From NCBI GenBank assembly GCA_041690175.1, contig JAWLHV010000005.1, positions 14,496-78,495 of the forward strand: a DNA stretch of 64,000 bases. The letters run 5' to 3'. The position numbers were made by a program, and so were the translations under genes. Below are positions 18,434 to 28,364 of this stretch, in pieces (position 1 is the stretch's first letter; every line of letters starts with the position of its first letter). The notes below the pieces were generated by a model that had not been told where the DNA came from, ran no database searches, and saw only the letters and a list, made by a program, of their open reading frames with translations. Origin of the DNA: Dehalococcoidia bacterium (GTDB lineage: Bacteria; Chloroflexota; Dehalococcoidia; UBA2979).

Positions 18434-20704
18434 CTAGGAGTCGTCCTCCGATAGGACGGAGCCGTCCACGGAGTCCTCCGTGTGCTCGGGCAGCGCCGGC
18501 GTGGCGGTAGTGGTGATCTCTCGTCGGCGAGCGGGCTCCTCCACGGCTGGGGATCGGCCGCGGGCCTCCAGTTCCCGGCGCGTGGGCTGGGGGTACTCCA
18601 CGCGGGGGTGGTACACGGCGGAGAGCGCCTGCACGAACGAGTCCGACACCACCCGCAGGTCACGCAGGGAGATGTCGCATTCGTCGAACTGCCCCTCCTC
18701 GACGCGCTCCGCGATGATGCCCTCCACGATCGAGCGGATGCGCTCGGCCGTCCGGTCCGTGGCCGCGCGGACGGAGGCCTCGCAGGAGTCCGCCAGCATC
18801 ACGAGGGCAGTCTCCCGAGACTGGGGCTTCGGTCCGGCGTACTGGAAGAGCGTGGGGTCCACGTCTGGCTTCACCTTGGCGGCCTCGCGGTAGAAGTACG
18901 CCACCAGGCGGTTGCCGTGGTGCTGGGGGATGAAGGCGACCACGGCCTCCGGCAGGTTGTGCTTCCGGGCGAGGTCCACGCCCGCCGAGACGTGCCGCAT
19001 GATCACCCGCGAGGACTGCAACGGGTCCAGGTTGTCGTGCGGGTTGGGGCCGTCCCCGAAGTTCTCCACGAAGAACCCCGGCGAATGCAGCTTGCCGATG
19101 TCGTGGTAGTACGCCCCCACGCGCACGAGCAGCGAGTCCGCTCCGATGCGGTCCGCGGCGCGGTCCGCGAGGGACCCCACCAGCATCGAGTGCTGGAAGG
19201 TGCCGGGCGCCTCGTCCTGCAGGCGGCGCAGCAGCGGGTGGTTCAACTGCACCAGTTCCATCAGTTCCACGCGGGTGATGATCCCGAAGGGGCGGCTCAG
19301 CAGGATGAAGGCCCCCACGGCCAGGATCGCGGTCATCAGCCCGCCCACGGCCGAGGCGCCGGCGATCCAGGCGAACTGTGTGACCGCGCGCTCCGTGTCC
19401 AGCATCAGGACCATCACTGCCACCAGCGCGGAGGCGATGGCCGCGGCCAGGCCGGCGCCCAGGTAGCCCTGGAGCCGCTCCGCGCGCGCGGCGACGTACA
19501 GCCCGGCCAGCGAGGAGGCCACGGTGGCCAGCGTGAGTCGCAACGCGCCCAGTTCCGCACCGGGAGCGCCGCCGCCGGCCTGCGGCACGGCCACGGACAG
19601 GAACCCCACCACGCCCGCCATCACCACGGCCACGATCACGCCGGTGGAGACGTCCAGCAGGACCGCCGCCACCACCGCGCCCGCCGCCAATGGCAGGGCC
19701 AGTGCCAGGTAGAGACTGTCGGTGTCCGGCAGGACCAGCGGGTAGGCGAACTTCGCGACGGTCACGGGCACCAGCAGCGTCAGGCCGAACAGCACCAGGC
19801 GGCGGACGCCACGCAGCGCGCGCGGCTTCGCCACCCACAGGTGCGCGCCAAAGGCGGCGCCGCCCAGGATCGAGGCGATGGCCGCCGCCAGCACTGCGCT
19901 CAGCGTCACGGAGCCCGTGCGGATGTCCAGCATCGTGATCGCCTCGAAGGCCGCGTCGTCAATGGTGCCGCCGGCGGGGACGATCACCTGGCCCTCGCGG
20001 TAGGTCACCACTTGGGTGGGGACGCGGGCGCGGGCATCGCGGCGGAGCGCCTCGGTACGCTCATCGGAGACCGTGAGCGTGGGCACCACCAGCGGGTCCA
20101 GGACCTCCGTCAGCGCCAGTGTCTCGTCGCTGCTGAGCAGCGGTGACAGCGAGGCGGCAGCCTGGCTGCGCGCTTCCTCCACCTCGTCGGGGGCGATCGC
20201 CGTCCCCGCGAGCGTGCCGGAGAGCACTCGACGCGCCTCCGACTGCATGGTGGACCAGCGGACGTCGGAGACGCTGATGAGCGTGGCTGCGGACCGCTGC
20301 GAAAGGTCCGTCCCGGCGATCTGCTGAATGGCCGTCTCCCGGGCGGACGCGGACCGCGTCTGGTCACGACGCTGGAAGTCGATGGCGGCCAGCACCCGGT
20401 CCAGTTCCGCCAGTTGGCGGTTGCGGATCTCGTCGTCCAGGATCTCCACGTCCGGGACCGCCTCCGCGGCAGCGTCGCGCTGCCGCTCCGTCATCACATC
20501 CGACTCGTAGGTGATCTCGCGTGGCGCCGTGACCTCGCGGTCCACGGTGGCGCCCTCCTCCAGGCGCTGGCTGCCCGGGAACCAGGGGAAGAGGACGGCG
20601 AAGAGCGCCAGGGCCGTGACCGCGGCCAGCGCGAACGCAATGGAGCCGTTGGGCGCCTGCTGCGCAGCCGCTCGGATGGTGCTCTGCGTGGAGCGGGTGA
20701 CCAT
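18434..20704 (-). CDS. membrane 7TM-HD phosphohydrolase (PgpH/YqfF-like HD-superfamily hydrolase)
   Basis: Multiple transmembrane helices followed by an HD domain (GAYYHDIGK ... QHHG); same operon context as yqeY-rpsU. Confidence 0.85.
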   Translation of the reverse strand: MVTRSTQSTIRAAAQQAPNGSIAFALAAVTALALFAVLFPWFPGSQRLEEGATVDREVTAPREITYESDVMTERQRDAAAEAVPDVEILDDEIRNRQLAELDRVLAAIDFQRRDQTRSASARETAIQQIAGTDLSQRSAATLISVSDVRWSTMQSEARRVLSGTLAGTAIAPDEVEEARSQAAASLSPLLSSDETLALTEVLDPLVVPTLTVSDERTEALRRDARARVPTQVVTYREGQVIVPAGGTIDDAAFEAITMLDIRTGSVTLSAVLAAAIASILGGAAFGAHLWVAKPRALRGVRRLVLFGLTLLVPVTVAKFAYPLVLPDTDSLYLALALPLAAGAVVAAVLLDVSTGVIVAVVMAGVVGFLSVAVPQAGGGAPGAELGALRLTLATVASSLAGLYVAARAERLQGYLGAGLAAAIASALVAVMVLMLDTERAVTQFAWIAGASAVGGLMTAILAVGAFILLSRPFGIITRVELMELVQLNHPLLRRLQDEAPGTFQHSMLVGSLADRAADRIGADSLLVRVGAYYHDIGKLHSPGFFVENFGDGPNPHDNLDPLQSSRVIMRHVSAGVDLARKHNLPEAVVAFIPQHHGNRLVAYFYREAAKVKPDVDPTLFQYAGPKPQSRETALVMLADSCEASVRAATDRTAERIRSIVEGIIAERVEEGQFDECDISLRDLRVVSDSFVQALSAVYHPRVEYPQPTRRELEARGRSPAVEEPARRREITTTATPALPEHTEDSVDGSVLSEDDS

Positions 20705-20729
20705 GCCCGTAGGCGCCCCGCGAGGGGCG

Positions 20730-21179
20730 CTAGCCCCCGAGGATTTCTCGCGCGACCTGGTTCACGCGGCTACCGTCCGCGCGCCCAGCCACGCGCGCCA
20801 GGAGCGGCCGCATGACCTTCCCTACCTCGGACGGCCCGGACGCCCCCACCTCCGCAATGACTTCCCGGGCCAGGCTTCGCAACTCGTCGTCGGACATCTG
20901 CTGCGGCAGGAACTCCTCGATGACGACGAGTTCCACCTGTTCCTTGTCGGCAAGATCCTGGCGGCTTGCCTTCTCGTACTCGGTGATGGAGTCGCGGCGC
21001 TGCTTCGCTTCCTTCTGCAGGATGCGGGTCGCCTCGGCGTCGTCCAGGGCGTGGCCCAGTTCGATCTCGGCGTTCTTGAAGGCGGCAAGGAGAAGCCTGA
21101 GGGCGTCGCGGCGCTGCGTGTCGCCGGCCTTCCAGGCGGTCGTCATCTGCTCGCGGATGGTCTCCGGGATGGTCGCCAC
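20730..21179 (-). CDS. GatB/YqeY domain protein
   Basis: ORF 20730..21206 trimmed to GTG (VATIPETIREQMTTAWKAGD...) with AAGGAG 6 nt upstream; YqeY family. Confidence 0.8.
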   Translation of the reverse strand: MATIPETIREQMTTAWKAGDTQRRDALRLLLAAFKNAEIELGHALDDAEATRILQKEAKQRRDSITEYEKASRQDLADKEQVELVVIEEFLPQQMSDDELRSLAREVIAEVGASGPSEVGKVMRPLLARVAGRADGSRVNQVAREILGG

Positions 21180-21293
21180 GTCGGCTCCTTCGCCTCGTAC
21201 AGCCACGCGCTCACCCGCACGCTACCGCTACACGCTATCGAAGGAGCCCCTCCGGGAGCCGGTTGGGCCGGACCGTCGGGGCGGGGAGTCGCG

Positions 21294-21503
21294 CTAGACG
21301 CGCTCGCGGGTGCGGGCGCGGGCGATCGCCTTCCGCAACTTGCGGCGGCGGGCGGCTTCCTTCTTCTTGCGACGCTCGGAGGGCTTCTCGTAGAACTCGT
21401 GGCGGCGGGCGTCCGTCAGGATGCCATCGGCCTGCACACGCTTGTTGAAGCGCCGCAGCGCGGCCTCCAGGGACTCCGAGTCGCCAACGTAGATTTCAGT
21501 CAC
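21294..21503 (-). CDS. rpsU: 30S ribosomal protein S21
   Basis: [55 protein letters not shown]. Confidence 0.9.
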   Translation of the reverse strand: MTEIYVGDSESLEAALRRFNKRVQADGILTDARRHEFYEKPSERRKKKEAARRRKLRKAIARARTRERV

Positions 21504-21754
21504 TCGTTACCACCCCCGCCGGTCGCGTCAGCCTCGCGCGCCGGGTCACACTGCCTGGGTTGCCCGCGGCGCCCGGACGGGCTGCCGCTCCGGCATCCGC
21601 GCTCCTGCCCGCACGAGTGCGGTCGCGAGCGCGCATCTGGAATCGTCACACGCGAGGCGGGCCCGGTCAATCGGCCAGGACCTCCGCTTGCCTTCCTGGG
21701 CCGTAGACGCAGCGGCGCGGCCTGAGCCGCGCCAACATGCGTTTCGGTCCCGGT

Positions 21755-21898
21755 CTAGTCGGCGGAGGGCAGCACCTTCGGCTGCAGTTCCTCCATGCCC
21801 CGCCCGTTGACGTTCAGGTTGCAGTCGCCCGGCTTGATGCAGAGCAACTCAACACCGGTCGTCTCGTCCTTGTAGCGCTTGCCAAGTGCAACGGCCAT
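21755..21898 (-). CDS. small protein (47 aa), degenerate paralogue of the adjacent zinc-ribbon protein
   Basis: MAVALGKRYKDETTGVELLCIKPGDCNLNVNGRG...; shares MxxxxGKRYK with its neighbour but lacks the first CxxC; GGGGA RBS; not in the ORF track. Confidence 0.35.
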   Translation of the reverse strand: MAVALGKRYKDETTGVELLCIKPGDCNLNVNGRGMEELQPKVLPSAD

Positions 21899-21913
21899 CT
21901 GAGATCCCCGTCC

Positions 21914-22033
21914 TTACAGCTGCTCGAGCGGCTGGTCGTCGCAGCGCAGTTCAGCGTCCTCGGCACCCTTGGTGACGATGAACTCCGAGCCGCACTTCGT
22001 GCACTTGTACCGCTTCCCGGTCACTGCTGGCAT
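21914..22033 (-). CDS. small zinc-ribbon protein (39 aa)
   Basis: MPAVTGKRYKCTKCGSEFIVTKGAEDAELRCDDQPLEQL; CxxC...C; GGAGG RBS; not in the ORF track. Confidence 0.45.
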   Translation of the reverse strand: MPAVTGKRYKCTKCGSEFIVTKGAEDAELRCDDQPLEQL

Positions 22034-22154
22034 CGATTCGATTCCCCTCCGTCGGCGGCCCAACGGCCCCGATCTCATGCTTCTTCGAGTGTACGAGGGC
22101 GTCCAACCACGTACGTGCGCCGCTGGCGGCCCGGCGCCCTACGGACGTTGAAGC

Positions 22155-23051
22155 CTAGGGCTCCACCGTCTTAAGGAACTCAACCATCGTGCTGATTTCC
22201 TCGTCGGACAGCTGGCTGCCCCACGGCGGCATCGCCGTACCGGGGCGGCCGTTCTTGATCGTGTCGAAGTAGAAGTCGTCGGGCTGCGTGAGCGCACTGG
22301 GCGTCAGCGGCAGGCCCAGCCCCGAGATGCCCTCGCGGTTCGCGCCGTGACACGTCGAGCAGGAGACCGAGAAGAACTCGCCCGGCTCCATGCCGCGCAC
22401 CAGGCCCTCCTGCGGCTCGCCCGGTTCGCCATCACCACCATCGCCACCCATGCCCTCGACGTGGGCGTACGGGTCGCGGGTCTTGATGTCCAGCGCGGAG
22501 GCGCCGTACTGACCACAGTTGCCGATGGTCAGCTGGAGGTCAGAGGCGTCCGTGAACACCACTTCGTCCGGGTTGGTGTTGGTCTCGATGTCGTGGGTGT
22601 GGCCGATCTCCTCGACCTTCTCCCACTCACCCATCGTGATCATGTCCACGATGTAGTTGATCTGGGTGTCAGACAGGGGGCCGCCGTAACGCTCCGACCA
22701 CACTGGCATGGCGCTGTTGGTGCGGCCGCAAGCGATGGTATTGAACAGGAAGTTCCGCACCGTGCGCACGTCGCCCTCGGGCGTCTCCGGGATGCCCTCG
22801 GGGTCGTTGGGGCCGAAGAGGCGGTAGGCCTCCAGGTTGAGCGCCGGGCCGACGCCACCCTCGCCCACCAGCCCGTGGCAGGTGCGGCAGTTGTTCACGA
22901 AGAGGTCCGCGCCGCGGTGCGCCAGCAGGTCGTCCTGGCCCTCGCCGGCGGAGGCCTGGCGGTTGGGCTCGTTGACGATGTAGACCCCAAAAGCGAGGAA
23001 CGCCAGGAACAGGAGTCCGATCATCACGTTGACCTGTTTGCTGGTGTTCAT
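22155..23051 (-). CDS. di-haem cytochrome c subunit of the cytochrome bc complex
   Basis: N-terminal transmembrane anchor; two CxxCH motifs (CRTCHG, CSTCHG). Confidence 0.85.
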   Translation of the reverse strand: MNTSKQVNVMIGLLFLAFLAFGVYIVNEPNRQASAGEGQDDLLAHRGADLFVNNCRTCHGLVGEGGVGPALNLEAYRLFGPNDPEGIPETPEGDVRTVRNFLFNTIACGRTNSAMPVWSERYGGPLSDTQINYIVDMITMGEWEKVEEIGHTHDIETNTNPDEVVFTDASDLQLTIGNCGQYGASALDIKTRDPYAHVEGMGGDGGDGEPGEPQEGLVRGMEPGEFFSVSCSTCHGANREGISGLGLPLTPSALTQPDDFYFDTIKNGRPGTAMPPWGSQLSDEEISTMVEFLKTVEP

Positions 23052-23117
23052 ACGTCCGTCACTCTCCGCGCCGCATAGCGGTGGGTTGGTTCAGAGGGCC
23101 ACCCGGCCCGGGCCGCG

Positions 23118-23765
23118 CTAGATCTGCACCGCCCGCGAGGGGTTGTCCGGGCCACCCGGGGTGATCTGCCCCGTCTGCACCGTGATGTTCCCCGAGGCGT
23201 CGATCTCGATTGCCATGGTGTCCATCGAACGAGGTGCCGGCCCGAAGACCCGGATACCGGACTTGGTGTACGTGGAGCCGTGGCAGGGGCAGCGGTACCA
23301 GCCGCCGGCGTCGCCCTCGTAGGAGAAGGTCGCGCGCCACGGCACGGTGCAGCCCAGGTGGGGGCACTTGCGCCACAGCGCCAGCAGCCCGTCCGCGCCG
23401 CCGGTGCCACCGGCGCGCGTCTCGCCCGGGTCGAGGTTCGCGATCCAGAACTGGCCCTCGGAGTTCGGGGTGGGCTGGCCGCCCTTGGGGTAGTCCGCCA
23501 CGTTGCCGGCGGGCACTGGCCCACCGAAGCCGCGCACGTTCCGTGGGTACAGGAAGTCCAGGAGCAGACCCACGCTGCCCAGCAGCGTCACGCCCAGGCC
23601 CGCCCAGAAGGAGGCCCGGATGAAGTTCCGGCGCGAGACATCCCGGTCCAGCGGCGTCACCAGCGTCGCGGGCACGGCGTCCGAGTCCGCCACCTGCGTC
23701 CGGCGCGACGCGAGCGCCGAGCGCCAGGCGTCGGTCTGGGACTGCTGCGTCTGTTCGTTCGCCAC
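23118..23765 (-). CDS. qcrA: Rieske [2Fe-2S] iron-sulfur subunit
   Basis: Tat-like N-terminus (RRNFIRA); Rieske boxes CPHLGC and CPCHGS. Confidence 0.9.
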   Translation of the reverse strand: MANEQTQQSQTDAWRSALASRRTQVADSDAVPATLVTPLDRDVSRRNFIRASFWAGLGVTLLGSVGLLLDFLYPRNVRGFGGPVPAGNVADYPKGGQPTPNSEGQFWIANLDPGETRAGGTGGADGLLALWRKCPHLGCTVPWRATFSYEGDAGGWYRCPCHGSTYTKSGIRVFGPAPRSMDTMAIEIDASGNITVQTGQITPGGPDNPSRAVQI

Positions 23766-23787
23766 GCTTGCCTCCGACTGGCCGCTA

Positions 23788-24702
23788 CTAGTGCCCGTAC
23801 TTGTCCGCGAAGATCGTGAACGGCTCCAGCACCAGGCCCTCGGCCCGGAAGAACGTGCCCACGATGGTCAGCGTGACGTACACGGCGATGAATCCGGAGA
23901 ACTGCATGATCATGTGGTCCCGCTTGGTCTTCGCCCAGCCCATCTTGTGGGCGACGAACGAGAGCAGCAGCGGCAGCCCGATCATCGTGTTCACGGGGAT
24001 GAACTGCTCCACCAGGAACGCCGGGATGTTCCAGTCCAGTTCCACCCGCGGGAAGCCCAGCAGGTCCGTGCGCAGCACGTCGCCCAGGGGGACGTGGAGC
24101 GTCCAGTCCGGCCAGTTGATCTCGTTCTGTAGACCTCTCAGGCCCCGCAGGAAGTTCAGTGGTTCAGGCCAACTGACAAACCCCGGAGCCTGTGGATCGG
24201 CGTTTAACTTACCGTTCGCGATCCACTCGTAGATCTGCACGTGCTTCGACTCGTCGTAGAAGATCAGCAGCAGCGTGCCGATGGAACCGACCGCCGACCC
24301 GATCCACAGGAGCGGCCATGCGTTGGGGGTGGCAAGCCACTCGCCCTGGCCCTCGTGGGAGTTGTCGAAGTAGGGGATGGCGCCCAGCGCGATCAGCGCC
24401 ACGGTGGGCACCACCACGCCGGCAAGCGCCGGGTGCATGTGCAGTAGCAGTTCCTGCAGGTTCAGGAAGTACCAGGGCGCCTTGGACGGGTTCGGCGTGA
24501 CCGCCGGGTTGGCCCGGTCCAGCAGGATGGAGTCCACCATCACGGCCAGCACCACGATGAGGATCGTGAAGAGCACGGCGGAGATGAACTCGATGAAGAC
24601 CAGGTCCGGCCAGACGAGCAGTTCTTCCTCGCGGGCGCGCCGCTGCCGCCCGCGGACGGCCGCGGAAGACGGTTGAGCCTGTGCCTGTGGCGTAGCAGCC
24701 AT
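23788..24702 (-). CDS. cytochrome bc complex subunit IV / cytochrome b C-terminal-half protein
   Basis: PWYFLNLQELL... PetD/QcrC-like polytopic membrane protein immediately after cytochrome b6. Confidence 0.85.
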   Translation of the reverse strand: MAATPQAQAQPSSAAVRGRQRRAREEELLVWPDLVFIEFISAVLFTILIVVLAVMVDSILLDRANPAVTPNPSKAPWYFLNLQELLLHMHPALAGVVVPTVALIALGAIPYFDNSHEGQGEWLATPNAWPLLWIGSAVGSIGTLLLIFYDESKHVQIYEWIANGKLNADPQAPGFVSWPEPLNFLRGLRGLQNEINWPDWTLHVPLGDVLRTDLLGFPRVELDWNIPAFLVEQFIPVNTMIGLPLLLSFVAHKMGWAKTKRDHMIMQFSGFIAVYVTLTIVGTFFRAEGLVLEPFTIFADKYGH

Positions 24703-24727
24703 GGTGACTCCCTTCCCTTCCTACGAC

Positions 24728-25483
24728 CTACAGCGGGCGCGCCAAGCCGCCGTCGCGGCGGATGCGCCAGAAGTGGACGGTCATGAACACCGCCGCCAGC
24801 AGCGGCAGGCCAATGACGTGCAGGGTGTAGAAGCGGGTCAGGGCAGCCTGGCCCACCTGGTAGCCACCCACCAGCACGAAGCGGTTGGGCTCACCCAGGA
24901 TGGGGGCGGAGCCCACCATGTTCGTGCCCACCGTGATGGCCCACAGGGCCAACTGGTCCCAGGGCAGCAGGTAGCCGGTGAAGGACAGCAGCAGCGTCAG
25001 CACCAGGAGCACCACGCCCACCACCCAGTTGAACTCCCGCGGCGGCTTGTACGCGCCGGTGTAGAACACCCGCATCATGTGCATCAGCACGGTCAAGACC
25101 ATGCCATGCGCCATCCAGCGGTGCATGTTTCGCATCAACTGGCCGAAGCGGACGTCTGTCTCCAGCGCCAGGATGTCCTCGTACGCCCGCTCCACGGAGG
25201 GGACGTAATAGAACATCAGCAGCACGCCGGTGATGGTCAGGCCCAGGAACAGGAAGAACGAGAGCCCGCCTAGGCAGAAGGTGTGGGTGATCTTGACGTG
25301 CGTGCGGTGGATGCGAGTGGGGTGCAGGTGCAGGAAGACGTTGGTGGCCACGGCCAGCATCTGGTTCCGAGGGGTGTTGGGGTACCCGGACCGGAAGATG
25401 GAGCGCCATACGCGGTTGGAGAAGACGGCGTCGTACAGACGATCGCCCATCGTCCGTCGTTGCGGTCGTTCCGTTGCGGCCAT
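24728..25483 (-). CDS. cytochrome b6-type cytochrome b (N-terminal four-helix haem-binding part)
   Basis: haem-ligand histidines in [12 protein letters not shown]... and [29 protein letters not shown]. Confidence 0.9.
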   Translation of the reverse strand: MAATERPQRRTMGDRLYDAVFSNRVWRSIFRSGYPNTPRNQMLAVATNVFLHLHPTRIHRTHVKITHTFCLGGLSFFLFLGLTITGVLLMFYYVPSVERAYEDILALETDVRFGQLMRNMHRWMAHGMVLTVLMHMMRVFYTGAYKPPREFNWVVGVVLLVLTLLLSFTGYLLPWDQLALWAITVGTNMVGSAPILGEPNRFVLVGGYQVGQAALTRFYTLHVIGLPLLAAVFMTVHFWRIRRDGGLARPL

Positions 25484-25578
25484 CCGCTGCTCCTGTCAGT
25501 CGTGCCTGGCGCCCGGCGCCCAGGCCCTGCTGTGCGTACCTATGCGGTGCGCCCCGAACGGGGCGTGACGGCGCTGGC

Positions 25579-25680
25579 CTAGGCTTCCCACCACTTGCCC
25601 AGGAGCACCATGGCCCCGAGCCCGACGATGAACGTGAGAAACACGGCGATGAGTTCGATGCCTTCGCCTTCGCCGAGCAT
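25579..25680 (-). CDS. small membrane protein (33 aa), possible accessory subunit of the bc complex
   Basis: MLGEGEGIELIAVFLTFIVGLGAMVLLGKWWEA with GGAGG RBS; first gene of the bc operon; not in the ORF track. Confidence 0.4.
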   Translation of the reverse strand: MLGEGEGIELIAVFLTFIVGLGAMVLLGKWWEA

Positions 25681-25861
25681 GGCATTCCTCCACAGCACCG
25701 CGCGGCCCGGACAGCCGCACGCAATCCCCGCAGGTCACACTGCGGGGCCGCCGCGAATGTAGCGACGGCCCGTATCTACGGTCAACGCGTGTGACGCGTA
25801 TCACGAATGAGTGGACGCCAGATTGGGGACCATCGGGCCCGCCGGCTCCGGGCTAGGCGGC

Positions 25862-26650
25862 CTACCGCCGCCCTGCCACGCGAGGGATACCGCCCCGCTT
25901 CAGGCGCCAGATGCCCTGGATGTCCTCCCGAGCGGTCTTGATGATGCGCACCCGCGTGTCCGGGTCCTCGTCCCAGTGCACCGGCACCTCGCGCATGCGG
26001 TAGCCGTTGGCCTGTGCCACCCAGAGCAGTTCGGAGTCCCAGAACCACTGCGTGTCCTGCACCAGCGGCACCAGTGCGCGCGCGGCTTCCTGGGAGATCG
26101 CCTTGAAGCCGCACTGCGCGTCAGACACCTTCAGGCCCGCCAGCCGCAGCAGGAAGACGTACCCCCGCGAGGTGATCTCGCGCTTCAGGGATCGGCTGGT
26201 CTGGGAGCGCTTGTCCAGCCGCGTCCCGTATGCGACGTCCACGTCACCGCGCGCGATCGGGTCCACCAACTCCGGAATGTGCTTCAGGTCCGTGGAGAGG
26301 TCCACGTCCATGTACGCCATCACGTCCGCGTCCGAGGTCAGCCACGCCGTCCGCAGGGCGATCCCGCGGCCCTTCACGGGCACCTTCAGCGCCGCAACCC
26401 GTCCCGGGAACTCCTGCTCCAGCGCCCGGGCTACCTCCAGCGTGCGGTCCGTGGAGGCGTTGTCCGCCACCACCACCCGCCACTGGTGCTCCGGGTGCGA
26501 GTCGCACCACGCCAGCACCCTGCGGACGCTGGCGTCCAGCACGTGCTCCTCGTTGTAACAGGGGATCACCAGGTCAACGGTTGCCACGGGCGGCCTTCCA
26601 GCGCACCCCGGCACGCGGGCGTGCACGGGCGCTCCAACGGCGCGGTTCAC
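25862..26650 (-). CDS. family 2 glycosyltransferase (polyprenyl-phosphate sugar transferase-like)
   Basis: VDLVIPCYNEE...VADNASTD...DVD DxD-type motifs. Confidence 0.8.
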   Translation of the reverse strand: MNRAVGAPVHARVPGCAGRPPVATVDLVIPCYNEEHVLDASVRRVLAWCDSHPEHQWRVVVADNASTDRTLEVARALEQEFPGRVAALKVPVKGRGIALRTAWLTSDADVMAYMDVDLSTDLKHIPELVDPIARGDVDVAYGTRLDKRSQTSRSLKREITSRGYVFLLRLAGLKVSDAQCGFKAISQEAARALVPLVQDTQWFWDSELLWVAQANGYRMREVPVHWDEDPDTRVRIIKTAREDIQGIWRLKRGGIPRVAGRR

Positions 26651-26759
26651 GCCGGCGTTCAGCGCCTACAGGGTAGCGACCACGCTCCGCGGGGGCGTCA
26701 GGAGAACGTTCGAGGTGACCCGCGTCCAGTGGCAGAAGCCGAACGCCGTCGGTCAGGTG

Positions 26760-28361
26760 CTAGTGCCGGAAGTGGCGCACGCCGGTCACCACCAGCGCCA
26801 CGCCCAGGCGGTCTGCCGCCTCCACGGAGTCCTCGTCACGGATGGAGCCGCCGGTGTGCGCCACCACCGTGCAGCCGGCGGAGGCGGCGACCTCCACCGT
26901 GTCCGGGAACGGCAGGAAGGCGTCCGTGGCGCAGACCGCGCCCTGCGCGCGCGCGCCGGCCTGCTCCTTGCACAGCCGGGCCGAGCCCACGCGGTTCGGC
27001 TGGCCGGCGCCCATGCCGATGAGCACGCCGTCCTTCACGAAGACCACGCCGTTGGACTTCACGTGCTTGCAGACCGTCCACGCGATCTCCAGGTCCGCGA
27101 CCTCCGTCTCCGAGGGCTGTCGCTTGCCGGCCACCTGGAAGTCCTCGCGCGTGACCTCGCGCACGTCGGCGTCCTGCACCAGCACGCCGCCGCGCACCGC
27201 CCGGAACTCCTGGCGTACCCGCCGCGGCTCGCCCAGGGGCGCGCTCAGGATGCGCAGGTCCTTGGACTTCTTCCGCAGGTGCTCCAGCGCGTCCGGCTCA
27301 TACCCCGGGGCGATCACGATGTCGTAGCGCATGCGCGTCTCGCCGTCCGTGGGCGAGCGCACCTCCCGCAGGGCGGTGGCGAACTCCATGTCCACCACGC
27401 GGTTCACGGCCACGATGCCGCCATATGCGGAGACGAAGTCGCCCTCGCCCAGCGCGCGCTCGTAGAGCGAGGTCATCGAGGCGTCCCCACCGGCCGGCAC
27501 GGTCGCGAAGCAGGCGGGGTTCGTGTGCTTGATGATCGCGATCGCCGGCGTGGTGAAGTCCGCCACCACGTTGAAGGCGGCGTCCGCGTCCAGGATGTTC
27601 ACGTAGGACATCGCCAGGCCGTGGTGCTGCTCGTACGCGCCGATGCCCTCCACCGGCGTGCGCACGGAGTCGAAGGAATAGAACGCTCCCCGCTGGTGGG
27701 GGTTCTCGCCGTATCGCAACACCTCGCGGCGCGTCCCGCCGAAGGTGACCTGCGCCGGGAACGGCTCGTCCTCCTCGCGCAGGTACTCAGCGATCGCGGT
27801 GTCGTAGTGGGCGACGTACTGGAACGCCTTGGCCGCCAGCCGGCGCTTGAGGGCGGCGTCCACCGCGGAGGGGTCGCCGCCGGCGCCGCGCAGGGCCTCC
27901 AGCACGGGCGCGTAGTCCGCGCGGTCCACCAGCGGGATCACCCACTGGTGGTTCTTCGCCGCGGCCCGGATCATCGCCGGCCCACCGATGTCGATCTGCT
28001 CCACCGCCTCCTCGAGGGTGGGCGCACCGCCCTCGGAGCGGGTGACGGTGTCGATGAACGGGTAGAGGTTGGCCGCCAGCAGGTCGATGCGGGCGATGCC
28101 GTGCTCCGCGACCTCCGCCTCGTCCTGACCGTGGCCGCGGCGGTAGAGGATGCCGCCGTGGATCACCGGGTGCAGCGTGCGGACGCGGCCGCCGAGCATC
28201 TCCGGGCTGCCCGTGAGGTCAGCCACCTGGTCCACCTCGATGCCGGCCTCGCGCAGCCCCTTCACGGTGCCGCTCGTGCCCGCGAGGTCCCAGCCCAGGT
28301 CTTTCAGGCCGCGCGCGAAGTCCACGAACTCCGGCGTGAAGCCCACCAGCAGCGCCCTCAT
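26760..28361 (-). CDS. purH: bifunctional AICAR transformylase / IMP cyclohydrolase
   Basis: MRALLVGFTPEFVDFARGL...MLGGRVRTLHPVIHGGIL. Confidence 0.95.
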   Translation of the reverse strand: MRALLVGFTPEFVDFARGLKDLGWDLAGTSGTVKGLREAGIEVDQVADLTGSPEMLGGRVRTLHPVIHGGILYRRGHGQDEAEVAEHGIARIDLLAANLYPFIDTVTRSEGGAPTLEEAVEQIDIGGPAMIRAAAKNHQWVIPLVDRADYAPVLEALRGAGGDPSAVDAALKRRLAAKAFQYVAHYDTAIAEYLREEDEPFPAQVTFGGTRREVLRYGENPHQRGAFYSFDSVRTPVEGIGAYEQHHGLAMSYVNILDADAAFNVVADFTTPAIAIIKHTNPACFATVPAGGDASMTSLYERALGEGDFVSAYGGIVAVNRVVDMEFATALREVRSPTDGETRMRYDIVIAPGYEPDALEHLRKKSKDLRILSAPLGEPRRVRQEFRAVRGGVLVQDADVREVTREDFQVAGKRQPSETEVADLEIAWTVCKHVKSNGVVFVKDGVLIGMGAGQPNRVGSARLCKEQAGARAQGAVCATDAFLPFPDTVEVAASAGCTVVAHTGGSIRDEDSVEAADRLGVALVVTGVRHFRH

Positions 28362-28364
28362 GTC

